Assembly (NCBI GenBank): GCA_029864565.1
Contig: JAOTTD010000001.1
Location: 208-64,207 of the forward strand
Direction: 5' to 3'
Source: Thermoplasmata archaeon
GTDB lineage: Archaea > Thermoplasmatota > Thermoplasmata > UBA10834
Length of the DNA: 64,000 nucleotides
A model generated the notes under the pieces. That model saw only the letters and a program-made list of their open reading frames with translations, searched no databases and had not been told where the DNA came from. The position numbers were made by a program, and so were the translations under genes. Of this stretch, positions 26,305-34,813 are shown piece by piece (position 1 is the stretch's first letter; the number at the start of each line of letters is the position of its first letter).

Positions 26305-27540
26305 CTAGAACACCTTGCTACGAGGGGCGATCGTGCCCTTCGCGAGAGCTCCCATGCCAATGAACGACCCCTCACCGATGATCGTGCCCACATCGATTGT
26401 GGCGTTGATGCCGGTCTTGACATCGTCGCCCATGATGGCACCGAGCTTACGCCTGCCGGAGCCGGCCCTCTTGCCGTCGACGATGACGCTTACCTCCCTC
26501 TCGTCGAGGCGGAGATTGGCTATCTTCGTCCCGGCGCCCAGGTTGCACCTCTCGCCGATCACGCTATCGCCTACATAGCTGAGATGAGGCACTTTGGTGT
26601 CGCCCATTATTATCGAGTTCTTGATCTCCACGGCGTTGCCTATCTTGCAGCCGTCCCCGATGTATGTGCTCGGCCTGATGTACGCGTTGGGTCCCACCAG
26701 GGAACCGTTTCCGATTATGGCCGGGCCGGTGATGTAGCTGCCGGCCATCACCCTGGACCCCTCGCCCACCTGGACTGGCCCTTCCATGGTGGCCTTCTCG
26801 GAGACTTCGCCGTCTATCCTGGTCTCCATGTCGGCCATCAGTATGCGGTTGGCTTCCAGGAGGTCCCAAGGCCTCGCAACATCTATCCACTCGCCCTCGA
26901 GCCTGTGGGCGAACATGTGCTTCTTGTCGATCAGTATCTTCAGCGAGTCCGTCACCTCGTACTCTCCCCTGGGGGACTTCTTCGTCTCGTCAATCGCCTC
27001 GAATATCTCAGGCTCGAGCACGTACGCCCCTGCGTTCACGAGGTTGCCCGACGGGGTCTCTGGCTTCTCGATGATGTTCGTGACGACGCCGTCCTCCACT
27101 TCCACGCAGCCGTAGCGCTTCGGGTCTTGGACAGACGTGAGCGCGATGACCGACCCATTGACCTTCCTGTGGTGTTCTACTAGGTCCTTGACAGACTGCT
27201 TCGCGAGCACCACATCGCCGTATACGCAGAGGAAAGGTTCCGCCACCTTCTCGCGTATTATGCTTATCGCGTGGGCGGTGCCGAGGCGTTCTTTCTGCTC
27301 GACGTACTCTATTCGCACGTTGAACGCCTTGCCATCCTGAAAATGCTCCCTGACCCGGTTCGCCTTCCAGCCGACCAGAAGCAGGATGTCCTTGATCCCC
27401 GCAGCCTTGAGCGCTTCGATATTATGCTCAAGGAACGGCTTGCCCGCAACCGGCAGTAGCGGTTTAGGTATGTTGGATGTGAGCGGTCGCATGCGCACAC
27501 CCTCGCCGGCCGTCAGTATGAATCCTTTCACTTCAAGCAC
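26305..27540 (-). CDS. bifunctional sugar-1-phosphate nucleotidyltransferase / acetyltransferase (archaeal GlmU-like)
   Basis: N-terminal LTAGEGVRMRPLTSNIPKPLLPVAGKP nucleotidyltransferase signature. The C-terminus has left-handed beta-helix hexapeptide repeats (IGNGSLVGPNAYI..IGDGCKIGNAVEI..). Confidence 0.9.
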   Translation of the reverse strand: MLEVKGFILTAGEGVRMRPLTSNIPKPLLPVAGKPFLEHNIEALKAAGIKDILLLVGWKANRVREHFQDGKAFNVRIEYVEQKERLGTAHAISIIREKVAEPFLCVYGDVVLAKQSVKDLVEHHRKVNGSVIALTSVQDPKRYGCVEVEDGVVTNIIEKPETPSGNLVNAGAYVLEPEIFEAIDETKKSPRGEYEVTDSLKILIDKKHMFAHRLEGEWIDVARPWDLLEANRILMADMETRIDGEVSEKATMEGPVQVGEGSRVMAGSYITGPAIIGNGSLVGPNAYIRPSTYIGDGCKIGNAVEIKNSIIMGDTKVPHLSYVGDSVIGERCNLGAGTKIANLRLDEREVSVIVDGKRAGSGRRKLGAIMGDDVKTGINATIDVGTIIGEGSFIGMGALAKGTIAPRSKVF

Positions 27541-28847
27541 CCCTTCACCTTGTCGCTGATCATCGTCAACAGCTCCTCAGCCCTTTCGGCTCTACGTGCT
27601 TCCGCGACGACACGTATCTTGGGCTCCGTTCCTGACGGCCTCACGAGGGTCCAGCCGTCCTCGAACAGCAGCCTGTAGCCGTCGAGGGTGAGCAGCTCGT
27701 CGCAATCTATGGCCGTCATCTCGTCCCTCAGTCGATCGAGGATTTCGTCCCTGCTTTTGAGGTCGTATTCGAATGCGGCTCTCAAGGTCGGATACCGCGG
27801 TATAGACTCCCTGACCTTCGACAGCTTCTCAGAAGAGGCTATCTCGACTATCCTCGCTGCAGCGAGGATGCCGTCGGGGCAATATGTCTGGTCCGGGAAG
27901 ATCCAGGTGCCCGATGGCTCCCCGCCGAAGTCTGCCTCCGTCCTCTTGACCTCTTCGCTGACGAACACATCGCCCACGCGCGTGCGCACGACCTCAACGT
28001 CTACAGTGTCGTCGACGGCCATCGACGCGTCCACAGATACCACGATGCGCTGGGATGCGTACCTGCTGGCGAACAGGGCGAGTGTCTCGTCACCCGAAAG
28101 GGTGACGCCTTTGTCGTCGACAGCTATCATCCTGTCGGCGTCCCCATCATGGGCGATACCCAGGTCCGCCTTCATCGAGACGACCGACCTCTTGAGGTCG
28201 GAGATGTTCTCGTCAGTCGGCTCCGGCATTCTGCCGGAGAAATGACCGTCACGATTCGAATTCAGCGTCACCACTCTGCACCCCATCTGCTGGAGCACAA
28301 GTGGCGTTATGGTAAGCGCAGGGCCGTTGGCGCAGTCGACCACCACCTTGAGGCTGGCGGATCCTACGCCTGCCATTACCCGCTCCATATGGGTCTCGAC
28401 AGCATCTGGAAACAGATGGGAGGAGCCCACCAAGTTCCAGGGCTTCGTGGAGTACTTGTCCTCCTCTATCATCTGCTCTATCTGAGCGGACTGCTCCGCA
28501 CTGAACCCCATGCCGTCAGGGTTCCAAAGCTTGATACCTGCGTACTCGGGAGGGTTGTGGCTCGCGGTCAGCATCACACCGCAGTCGTGGCATCGGGCGG
28601 CCTCTGCCAGGGTGGGGGTCGTGATGAATCCTGCTGAGTATACCTCGCATCCGCATGCCATCATGCCGCTGGATGCCACAGCGGACATCATATCATTGGC
28701 TGTCCGGGAGTCATGTCCCATCACTGCCGTCTTGGCCATGCTGCCCACGGCCATGCCTATGTTCATGGCTAGGTCAAGGGTCATCTCCTTGTTGACCACC
28801 CCTCGAACGCCAGATGATCCGAAAATTCCCATTTCGATGCTCCTCAC
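27528..28847 (-). CDS. glmM: phosphoglucosamine mutase / phosphohexomutase
   Basis: Active-site loop MLTASHNPPEYAGIK, metal loop HDGDADR and the GEPSG sugar-binding loop. It overlaps the downstream GlmU-like gene by 13 nt. Confidence 0.9.
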   Translation of the reverse strand: MRSIEMGIFGSSGVRGVVNKEMTLDLAMNIGMAVGSMAKTAVMGHDSRTANDMMSAVASSGMMACGCEVYSAGFITTPTLAEAARCHDCGVMLTASHNPPEYAGIKLWNPDGMGFSAEQSAQIEQMIEEDKYSTKPWNLVGSSHLFPDAVETHMERVMAGVGSASLKVVVDCANGPALTITPLVLQQMGCRVVTLNSNRDGHFSGRMPEPTDENISDLKRSVVSMKADLGIAHDGDADRMIAVDDKGVTLSGDETLALFASRYASQRIVVSVDASMAVDDTVDVEVVRTRVGDVFVSEEVKRTEADFGGEPSGTWIFPDQTYCPDGILAAARIVEIASSEKLSKVRESIPRYPTLRAAFEYDLKSRDEILDRLRDEMTAIDCDELLTLDGYRLLFEDGWTLVRPSGTEPKIRVVAEARRAERAEELLTMISDKVKGCLK

Positions 28848-29124
28848 GACCTCGAATAGTGTACACGATTATATTCTATTTCATCGGAACAGGTGTTCGA
28901 CAGGCCCGTTATGGGGAGCGCGGATGAGCTTCGCCCCGCCGTCGAAAACTGGGTGAATCCGAGCCAGTATATTTGGCCGCCGGCTATTTTTTGGTCGAAT
29001 CCGCTCAGAGCCAGATACTCGTTTGGGAGTAGCCAGCATACGCAAAGTCTTATATATCGTCCATAGTGATACATATCTGGGTCATGCCTGGATGGCGTGG
29101 CCAGCACGAATGGAGGGATCATAA

Positions 29125-29355
29125 ATGGTCATGGAGCCCATAAGCATCGAGAAAGCGATGGAGATCGCGAAGAAGAAGGGCATCAAACCCGGCCGCGTCA
29201 AGGGAACGAATGGAGTACAGTTCACGAAGGGAAGGAACCCACGCCTGGAGATAGTGAACTGGGACGAGTTCAAGGCCACACTCAGCAAGAGGAAGCTTGC
29301 GGTCTACGAGAGTGGCGGCTGGATGAAGATAATGAAGGCCAAGAGGAAGAAGTAA
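29125..29355 (+). CDS. small basic hypothetical protein
   Basis: 76-aa Lys-rich ORF of ordinary composition. It is the only plausible ORF in a gap of about 690 bp. Confidence 0.5.
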   Translation: MVMEPISIEKAMEIAKKKGIKPGRVKGTNGVQFTKGRNPRLEIVNWDEFKATLSKRKLAVYESGGWMKIMKAKRKK

Positions 29356-29539
29356 ACGCGATCTTCTCCTCAAACCCCTTAACGCCTTTCACTTCTTGTT
29401 TTTCACGTTCAGTCTAGGAAGCGGGCACGCTGGAGTGACAGAGTTATCTATACGGCAATCATAATCACAGCTTTCGCTTTGTCCGCAAGCATGGGTTCAT
29501 AAACTATTCTGCCTCTCGGGGGTGTGAGGGTGCCTCGAT

Positions 29540-30493
29540 TTGGACTTCACCGCAATCGACGTGCTCAGGGCGCGTAAGGTTTTAGCAGGCGTCGTCGACA
29601 GGACTCCGTTGACTCGCTCCGATGGTCTGAGCGACCTGGCTGGAGCCGAGGTGCATCTGAAGTGGGAGAACCTGCAGCGAACAGGCTCGTACAAGGTTCG
29701 TGGAGCTCTCTACAGGATGAGCCTCCTCTCCTCAGAGGAGAGGAGCAGGGGCGTGATTACCACTTCCGCGGGCAATTGGGCGCTAGGAGTCGCCCTCGGT
29801 GCCAAGAGCCTGGGCATCGATGCGACCATATGCGTCCCCGAGAACACACCGAAGGTCAAGATCGACAAGTGCAAAGCGCTCGGCGCGGAAGTCGTGCTCC
29901 GCGGGAGGTATTTCGACGAGGCGTTTGCGCACTGTCAGGAACTTGCAGGTAAGAGCGGCAAGACGTTCGTCTCGGGAACTGAAGACTTCAGCGTGATGGC
30001 GGGTCACGGCACCGTGGGGATGGAGATGCTCGAGGACCTCCCGGATGTCGAGACTATTGTGTGCCCAGTCGGCGGAGGAGGCCTGCTAACAGGCATCGCG
30101 ACTTGGGCTAAGACAGTGAATCCTGCCATCAGGATCATCGGCGTTCAGTCAACGGCGGCGCACACGCTACACGAGTGCTTCAAGTCAAAGAGGTTGGTGG
30201 AGGTCCCTGTTCCCGCTACAATCTGTGAGGGACTCGCGGGCGGTATCACTCAGCTCAACCTAGACCTTGCCCTCAAGTGGTTCGATGACGTCGTGCTTGC
30301 GGAAGAGGAGAAGCTGAAGGATGCAATCGTCTGGATGATGAGAAACGAACAGCAGATAATCGAGGGGGCCGCCGTGGTCGGCCCGGCCGCCATCATGCAG
30401 GAAAAGCTCAGGTTCGCCGATGGGGAGAGAGTTGGCGTTGTGGTCTCAGGCGGGAACATCGACCTAGACTGGCTTGGGATATCCGGGGCCTGA
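29540..30493 (+). CDS. PLP-dependent threonine/serine dehydratase (no ACT regulatory domain)
   Basis: LKWENLQRTGSYKVRGA (PLP lysine), VITTSAGNWALGVA and GGGGLLTGIA (phosphate loop). TTG start. Confidence 0.9.
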   Translation: MDFTAIDVLRARKVLAGVVDRTPLTRSDGLSDLAGAEVHLKWENLQRTGSYKVRGALYRMSLLSSEERSRGVITTSAGNWALGVALGAKSLGIDATICVPENTPKVKIDKCKALGAEVVLRGRYFDEAFAHCQELAGKSGKTFVSGTEDFSVMAGHGTVGMEMLEDLPDVETIVCPVGGGGLLTGIATWAKTVNPAIRIIGVQSTAAHTLHECFKSKRLVEVPVPATICEGLAGGITQLNLDLALKWFDDVVLAEEEKLKDAIVWMMRNEQQIIEGAAVVGPAAIMQEKLRFADGERVGVVVSGGNIDLDWLGISGA

Positions 30494-30606
30494 CTTCTCG
30501 TTCCAGGTTCCTCCGCCCTTCTGGATTTGAGCTGCCGAGTTCAATCGAACCCGACTGTTTTGAGCTGGTGAAGGTCGAGCATCCTTTCTAGAGGCCATTG
30601 TTGCAG

Positions 30607-30720
30607 TTCGACATGGTCTGTATTCTCATCATGGGAAAAGACAAAGGAGAAGGAGTTTAGCTCGGTGTTAAAACCGCGAAATTCAAATTCGGCCAGTGTT
30701 CGAAGCATAAATCCGGCTCG
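30607..30720 (+). repeat. R1 dispersed intergenic repeat, copy A
   Basis: ...GAGAAGGAGTTTAGCTCGGTGTTAAAACCGCGAAATTCAAATTCGGCCAGTGTTCGAAGCATAAATCCGGCTCG. Collinear with copy C: 55/72 identical with no indel over the right-hand 72 nt, and weaker similarity back to about 30541. Confidence 0.7.
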
Positions 30721-30743
30721 CAGCATCGGCCAGCTGGCCGCGC

Positions 30744-30941
30744 TCAGTCGTCCCCGAAGATGAACAGCTCGTCCACCGTGATCTTCAGAACCTTGGCAAT
30801 GTCGTGTGCGAGCTTCAGGGACGGGACATACTTGCCGTTCTCGATGAACAGGATTGTCTCGCGCCGAACTCCTACCTTCCTCGCCAGATCGTCCTGGGTC
30901 ATGTCGTATCTCGCTCTCAGCTCCTTGATCCTCGTCTTCAT
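30744..30941 (-). CDS. XRE/HTH_3-family transcriptional regulator
   Basis: [60 protein letters not shown]. Its ATGA overlaps the upstream membrane-protein gene. Confidence 0.85.
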   Translation of the reverse strand: MKTRIKELRARYDMTQDDLARKVGVRRETILFIENGKYVPSLKLAHDIAKVLKITVDELFIFGDD

Positions 30942-31390
30942 TGCACGCCCTTCCCTCTTGACGCGACTGCCCAAATCACGATGAAGATTATGCACATCAA
31001 TCCGGCCAGAACGAACATCATCTCTGCGAGCGGGATGAAACCCGTTGACGTATCCTCGACGAACAGGCTGATAATCCATCCGAGAGCGAAACAGAGGTAC
31101 ACGCTCACCCAGAAGGCAAGGTACCCAATACGCATCTTCATCGCCGCAGATCTCTCGTCTTCGCTCGGAAAACCGCTCTTCAGGTCCTTCAGTTTCTTTC
31201 TAGTGACGACAATCGCGACTAGCGCTGTGGCAACCAGAATCACGATCGACGCAACTATCGCCCAGCTGTCACCGTCTACGACTACCGACCCGATTCCGAA
31301 GATTGCACCAACGACGATCACGGCAGCCAATATCCCGACGAACGCTCTGAATCTCTTTCTCTCATCCATCATACCACGCTTCCGCCGCAT
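30938..31390 (-). CDS. four-helix membrane protein (DUF2178-like partner of the XRE regulator)
   Basis: Hydrophobic helices [59 protein letters not shown] and [19 protein letters not shown]. Translationally coupled to the HTH gene. Confidence 0.7.
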   Translation of the reverse strand: MRRKRGMMDERKRFRAFVGILAAVIVVGAIFGIGSVVVDGDSWAIVASIVILVATALVAIVVTRKKLKDLKSGFPSEDERSAAMKMRIGYLAFWVSVYLCFALGWIISLFVEDTSTGFIPLAEMMFVLAGLMCIIFIVIWAVASRGKGVQ

Positions 31391-31575
31391 TTTGGGTTAT
31401 CTTGTGCTAACTTTATGTTAGCTGTGAGCCACTTTATGTTAGCAATAACACACATTGCCTATATGAGACCTTCGGTGGGACTTCTGTGGATGTTGAATCT
31501 TGGCTTCTGATATTCGGGCCGTTCTTCCGAAGACGGGGAGAAACATGGCGACAATAATCACAATCGGCCCGGGAA

Positions 31576-32154
31576 CTACGATCGCAGCGCCATGACCTCT
31601 TTGTGACGGTAGCAGCCGACGACGTGGTCGTTGACCATCCCGACCGCCTGCATGTATGCGTAGCATATGGTCGGGCCAACGAACCTGAACCCTCTCTTAA
31701 CAAGGTCTGTACTCATCCTCTTGGCCTCAGGCGTGGCAACTGGAATCTGGGCGGGCCTCTTCCACTCGTTGCAGATCGGCTTTCCGCCTACGAAGGACCA
31801 TATGTAGGAATCGAAGCTTCCGTATTCCTTCTGAATGGTCAACAAGGCCTTCGCGTTGGATATCGCCGACTCTATCTTCCGACGGTTGCGGACGATTCCT
31901 GGGTCTGCTAGTAGCTTCTTGATCTTCCTACCGTCGAATGCAGCGACTTTCTCGGGATTGAAGCCCGCAAACGCTCGCCTGTAGTTCTCCCGCTTGTTCA
32001 GAATCGTCTTCCAGCTCAGGCCCGCTTGAGCTCCTTCGAGCACCAAGAACTCGAACAGTTTCTGGTCGTCATGAACGGGCATACCCCATTCCTTGTCATG
32101 GTATTCAAGGTAGAGCGAATCATCGGAGTTCGCCCACGGACATCTCTTCTTCAT
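31576..32154 (-). CDS. tag: DNA-3-methyladenine glycosylase I
   Basis: MKKRCPWANSDDSLYLEYHDKEWGMPVHDDQKLFEFLVLEGAQAGLSWKTIL...TICYAYMQAVGMVNDHVVGCY, including the Tag zinc-snap Cys/His residues. Confidence 0.92.
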   Translation of the reverse strand: MKKRCPWANSDDSLYLEYHDKEWGMPVHDDQKLFEFLVLEGAQAGLSWKTILNKRENYRRAFAGFNPEKVAAFDGRKIKKLLADPGIVRNRRKIESAISNAKALLTIQKEYGSFDSYIWSFVGGKPICNEWKRPAQIPVATPEAKRMSTDLVKRGFRFVGPTICYAYMQAVGMVNDHVVGCYRHKEVMALRS

Positions 32155-32233
32155 GTGGTTCCCTAGTGTAATCCTCCAAATGAGATTAATCGTTTTGTGG
32201 GGAGAATGTGCTCACGACCACATAGTGGTGGCT

Positions 32234-32310
32234 ATGAAATAGGGCTGAGAAGGAGTTTAGCTCGGTGCTAGAATCGCGAAATTGAAATCTGGCCAGTCAC
32301 CTGATTTCAA
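32234..32310 (+). repeat. R1 dispersed intergenic repeat, copy B (partial; ends in an 8-bp inverted repeat)
   Basis: ATGAAATAGGGCTGAGAAGGAGTTTAGCTCGGTGCTAGAATCGCGAAATTGAAATCT is 54/57 identical to copy C. It is followed by TTGAAATC-N12-GATTTCAA. Confidence 0.8.
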
Positions 32311-32372
32311 GGTCGAACAGACTGAAGTGGCTATTCTCGATGGGGTGTCAGTGGACCTTATTACGACTCTAC

Positions 32373-34739
32373 TCAGTAGATGCTCCCATCGGACTGATCG
32401 GAGTACAACACACCATCGATCGCTGAGAGTGTGTACCCGGTGCCTCCCTCGCCCGTCCACGTTGCCAGGTTGAAGGTCGCACCGGCCGATATCCGGTACA
32501 CCGAGACCCCTGTGTATGTGAGTGGTGTGTTGGGATCGCAGACATCGGGTGGTCCAGGCGTGCGCAACATATACACGGAGCCAGTCGTGTACCCGGGCAG
32601 GCTGAATACCGTCACATCGCCGTTCTCGTCGACGCCAAGAGCGGTCTTCTCATCGATGCCTATGCCCATCGCCACATCGGACCATCCGTCCTCGACTATG
32701 CGTGCAAGGAAGGTCACGAGCCTGCCCATGCGGTCCCTGGCGACGAAATGGCTGTCGGTTATCTTGTCCTCCATGTGCTCCATGCTGAGGAAGTCGCGCT
32801 CTATGGCCACACTGCGGTTGTATGGGTTGATGAGGGCCGCCTCTGAGTCGATTGTGTCGTACTTGGCTGAGAACGCGAACTCCCCCAGTATGGCGAGGCC
32901 TGCACTAGTGCCCCCTACAGGAGCAGGCTTGTTCGCGACGAAGTGTATGGCGTCCTCGACGGGCGTCCCATTCCACATGCTGACGTAGTCCCACTGATCG
33001 CCACCAGCGATGAAGAGCGCCTCAGCGTTGCGAATTGTGTTCAGGATGAACGAGTCGTAGCAGGCCTCCTGCGACAGGAACACTATCGACTCGACCGAGT
33101 CGACGCCACCGAGCCTGTTGAAGACCCACGGGTTGTAGCCGTCTGAGCCGGAGCAGCGTATGACGACGAAGTCCCCGCCGCCAGATTTGGAAATCATCCA
33201 TCTCATTGCGTCGGCGATGTCATTGCTGCCACCTGCTAGCAACATGCCCTGCGATGTCTGAGTGACCACATCCTCAGGGTTGCCTGTCAGATAGTATTCA
33301 TAGGTCACCGTCTCGGTTGCCACGCCCCAGTAAGTCTCGAGGAACGCCCACCAGCCACTGTTCGGGAACTCGAAGCTCATGTAGGGCACGTGGGTATTTG
33401 CAGTGTAGCTGCTCGTGGTGTACATAGCGTATGCCGGCGGGAACCTGATCCCCATGCCCTCATAGCCGAACCGCTCGCTGTTCTTCGTGGTGCCCATGCC
33501 AATCATGCATGCCTCGTATGCGGAAAGCACTTCGGCACACGCAACCGCAGCAGGATCGTTCTTCTCAAGACTGTCCATGATGTACCCTACGAAAGTGGGC
33601 ATGTCTATCCGGCCAACTGCTGGCGAGCCTGGGGTGATAGCAGCTCGACGAGCTGTGGAGATCACCGAGCTGTACGAGTCGATGTCCTCAGCGAGCGTGT
33701 CCGCCAGGACCAGGACCGCCTGGCCCAGCGCCTCTACCTCGGACATCTTGAACACCGACTGCGTCGTCAGTATCTCCCATTGGAACGGAGCAACGCTGAA
33801 CAGCTCCGTGAACTCATCGACTATGATGAGGCTCAACTCCTCCTCGCTCATCTCAGGACACGCGTTCAGGCTGAGCAGTATCTCATCGTACGAGAAGCCG
33901 CGGTAGCCGATGCTGCTCTCGCTCGCGACCATGTAGTCCGTGTCAAGACCCTTGACACGGTACTCGTACACCGTTTCCATCTGGCCTATGGAACACTCGT
34001 CCATGGCCATGATGTCCACATGGTGGCCATCGAGAGCGGCGATGGCCTCGTGGTGCGAGAGCCAGTCGCCGCCCCATTCATCGTCCCCTGGCGAGCCGTC
34101 CTCCATCGTCTGGTCCCACGCTATTCCATCCACGTCCGAACCGTGATTCCAGAAGAACAAGAGCATGTGCTCAGAAGGATAGTTGGTAGAGCTGTAGTCT
34201 ACGAACTGTTCCAGCGTCTTCTGGTCGCCCATGTTGACCTCTCCGAGGCTCTCGAGCTTCACCAGCTCATGGTCTTCGACGGACAACAGATAGGCGGGCT
34301 CGTAGAGTGTGTCCAGCAGTATGAGCACATTGACATCAGAACTGGAGCCGCCTCTCTTCAGCTCCTCGAGGTCCGTCTCATTGAGGGCGTCCAAGTCGTT
34401 GTCCGCGGTCAGATACACGAGCACGGTCCATTGAGCGATCTCGGACAACACGACCGCGTCTACCGTATCCCTATAATTCTCCGCGGATGCGAACCCTGCG
34501 AAGAGCGAGGCCGCTATCGCCACGGACACAAACACACGGAGTATTCTCCCCGAATCATCAGTCCGAAGTATCCTCTCACCCCCCTTGGTGATTGGGGGGG
34601 CAACAGCATCGTTGGGTTTAGACTTGCCGATACTGACTCCGTGGAACATTAGGCAGCTTCGGAAGGAACCATGTTCAACTTCAATTCCCTGCGATAGAGA
34701 AGACCCACTCAACCAGGCTTGCATGTCGCATCGTGCCAA
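32373..34739 (-). CDS. secreted two-peptidase fusion: clostripain-like C11 cysteine peptidase + S51 (cyanophycinase/dipeptidase-E-like) serine peptidase
   Basis: Signal-like RILRVFVSVAIAASLFAGFASA. C11 blocks WTVLVYLTADNDL, FFWNHGSDVDG (His199) and AMDECSIGQMETVYE (Cys249). The C-terminal 300 aa carry the S51 blocks GGGDFVVI, FIAGGDQ and VGGTSAGLAILG (Ser612). The true start is uncertain (Met31 at 34649, or further downstream). Confidence 0.85.
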   Translation of the reverse strand: MARCDMQAWLSGSSLSQGIEVEHGSFRSCLMFHGVSIGKSKPNDAVAPPITKGGERILRTDDSGRILRVFVSVAIAASLFAGFASAENYRDTVDAVVLSEIAQWTVLVYLTADNDLDALNETDLEELKRGGSSSDVNVLILLDTLYEPAYLLSVEDHELVKLESLGEVNMGDQKTLEQFVDYSSTNYPSEHMLLFFWNHGSDVDGIAWDQTMEDGSPGDDEWGGDWLSHHEAIAALDGHHVDIMAMDECSIGQMETVYEYRVKGLDTDYMVASESSIGYRGFSYDEILLSLNACPEMSEEELSLIIVDEFTELFSVAPFQWEILTTQSVFKMSEVEALGQAVLVLADTLAEDIDSYSSVISTARRAAITPGSPAVGRIDMPTFVGYIMDSLEKNDPAAVACAEVLSAYEACMIGMGTTKNSERFGYEGMGIRFPPAYAMYTTSSYTANTHVPYMSFEFPNSGWWAFLETYWGVATETVTYEYYLTGNPEDVVTQTSQGMLLAGGSNDIADAMRWMISKSGGGDFVVIRCSGSDGYNPWVFNRLGGVDSVESIVFLSQEACYDSFILNTIRNAEALFIAGGDQWDYVSMWNGTPVEDAIHFVANKPAPVGGTSAGLAILGEFAFSAKYDTIDSEAALINPYNRSVAIERDFLSMEHMEDKITDSHFVARDRMGRLVTFLARIVEDGWSDVAMGIGIDEKTALGVDENGDVTVFSLPGYTTGSVYMLRTPGPPDVCDPNTPLTYTGVSVYRISAGATFNLATWTGEGGTGYTLSAIDGVLYSDQSDGSIY

Positions 34740-34746
34740 TCCACGG
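34702..34746 (+). repeat. R2 short repeat, copy X1 (shortened)
   Basis: CAACCAGGCTTGCATGTCG (34710-34728) is 18/19 identical to 62776-62794. The flanks GACCCA and TCCACGG are also shared with X2. Confidence 0.6.
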
Positions 34747-34763
34747 CTAGATTCACGGAATTC

Positions 34764-34807
34764 TTGATATAGCGCAACGGAGATTGGCTGTGCAGTGGCT
34801 TGGGAGG
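34764..34807 (+). promoter_or_regulatory. putative TATA-like box and Shine-Dalgarno for the 34814 C11 gene
   Basis: TTGATATA lies at 34764-34771, about 43 nt upstream of the ATG. GGAGG lies at 34803-34807, 6 nt before the ATG at 34814. Pattern only. Confidence 0.3.
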
Positions 34808-34813
34808 ATTGGT

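Noticed and set aside
30541-30726. 61-aa reverse-strand ORF (MLRAGFMLRTLAEFEFRGFNTELNSFS...). It has a 62-aa homolog at 37765..37953 and could be a small conserved protein family.
   Set aside because: Over the 24 indel-free codons, the 17 differences fall 5/8/4 on codon positions 1/2/3, so there is no synonymous excess. The third copy (32234-32310) has an in-frame stop upstream and no start codon in the corresponding frame. The diverged copies D, E and F carry no ORF. I treat it as a nucleotide-level repeat (R1), not as CDS.
32253-32290. The R1 core GTTTAGCTCGGTGCTAGAATCGCGAAATTGAAATC starts with GTTT and ends with ATTGAAA-like sequence, as many CRISPR repeats do.
   Set aside because: Copies are kilobases apart and irregularly spaced. 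They diverge from each other, and homology extends well beyond 35 nt into the flanks. No cas genes are present. It is not a CRISPR array.
33390-34652. 420-aa ORF on the + strand. Similar long antisense ORFs occur at 14183..15370, 23355..24293, 16429..17046, 36444..37097, 40335..41123 and 60552..61094.
   Set aside because: Each lies wholly opposite a gene with clear family motifs. Each has Arg/His/Val/Pro-rich composition typical of antisense frames in GC-rich DNA. None shows recognisable motifs.
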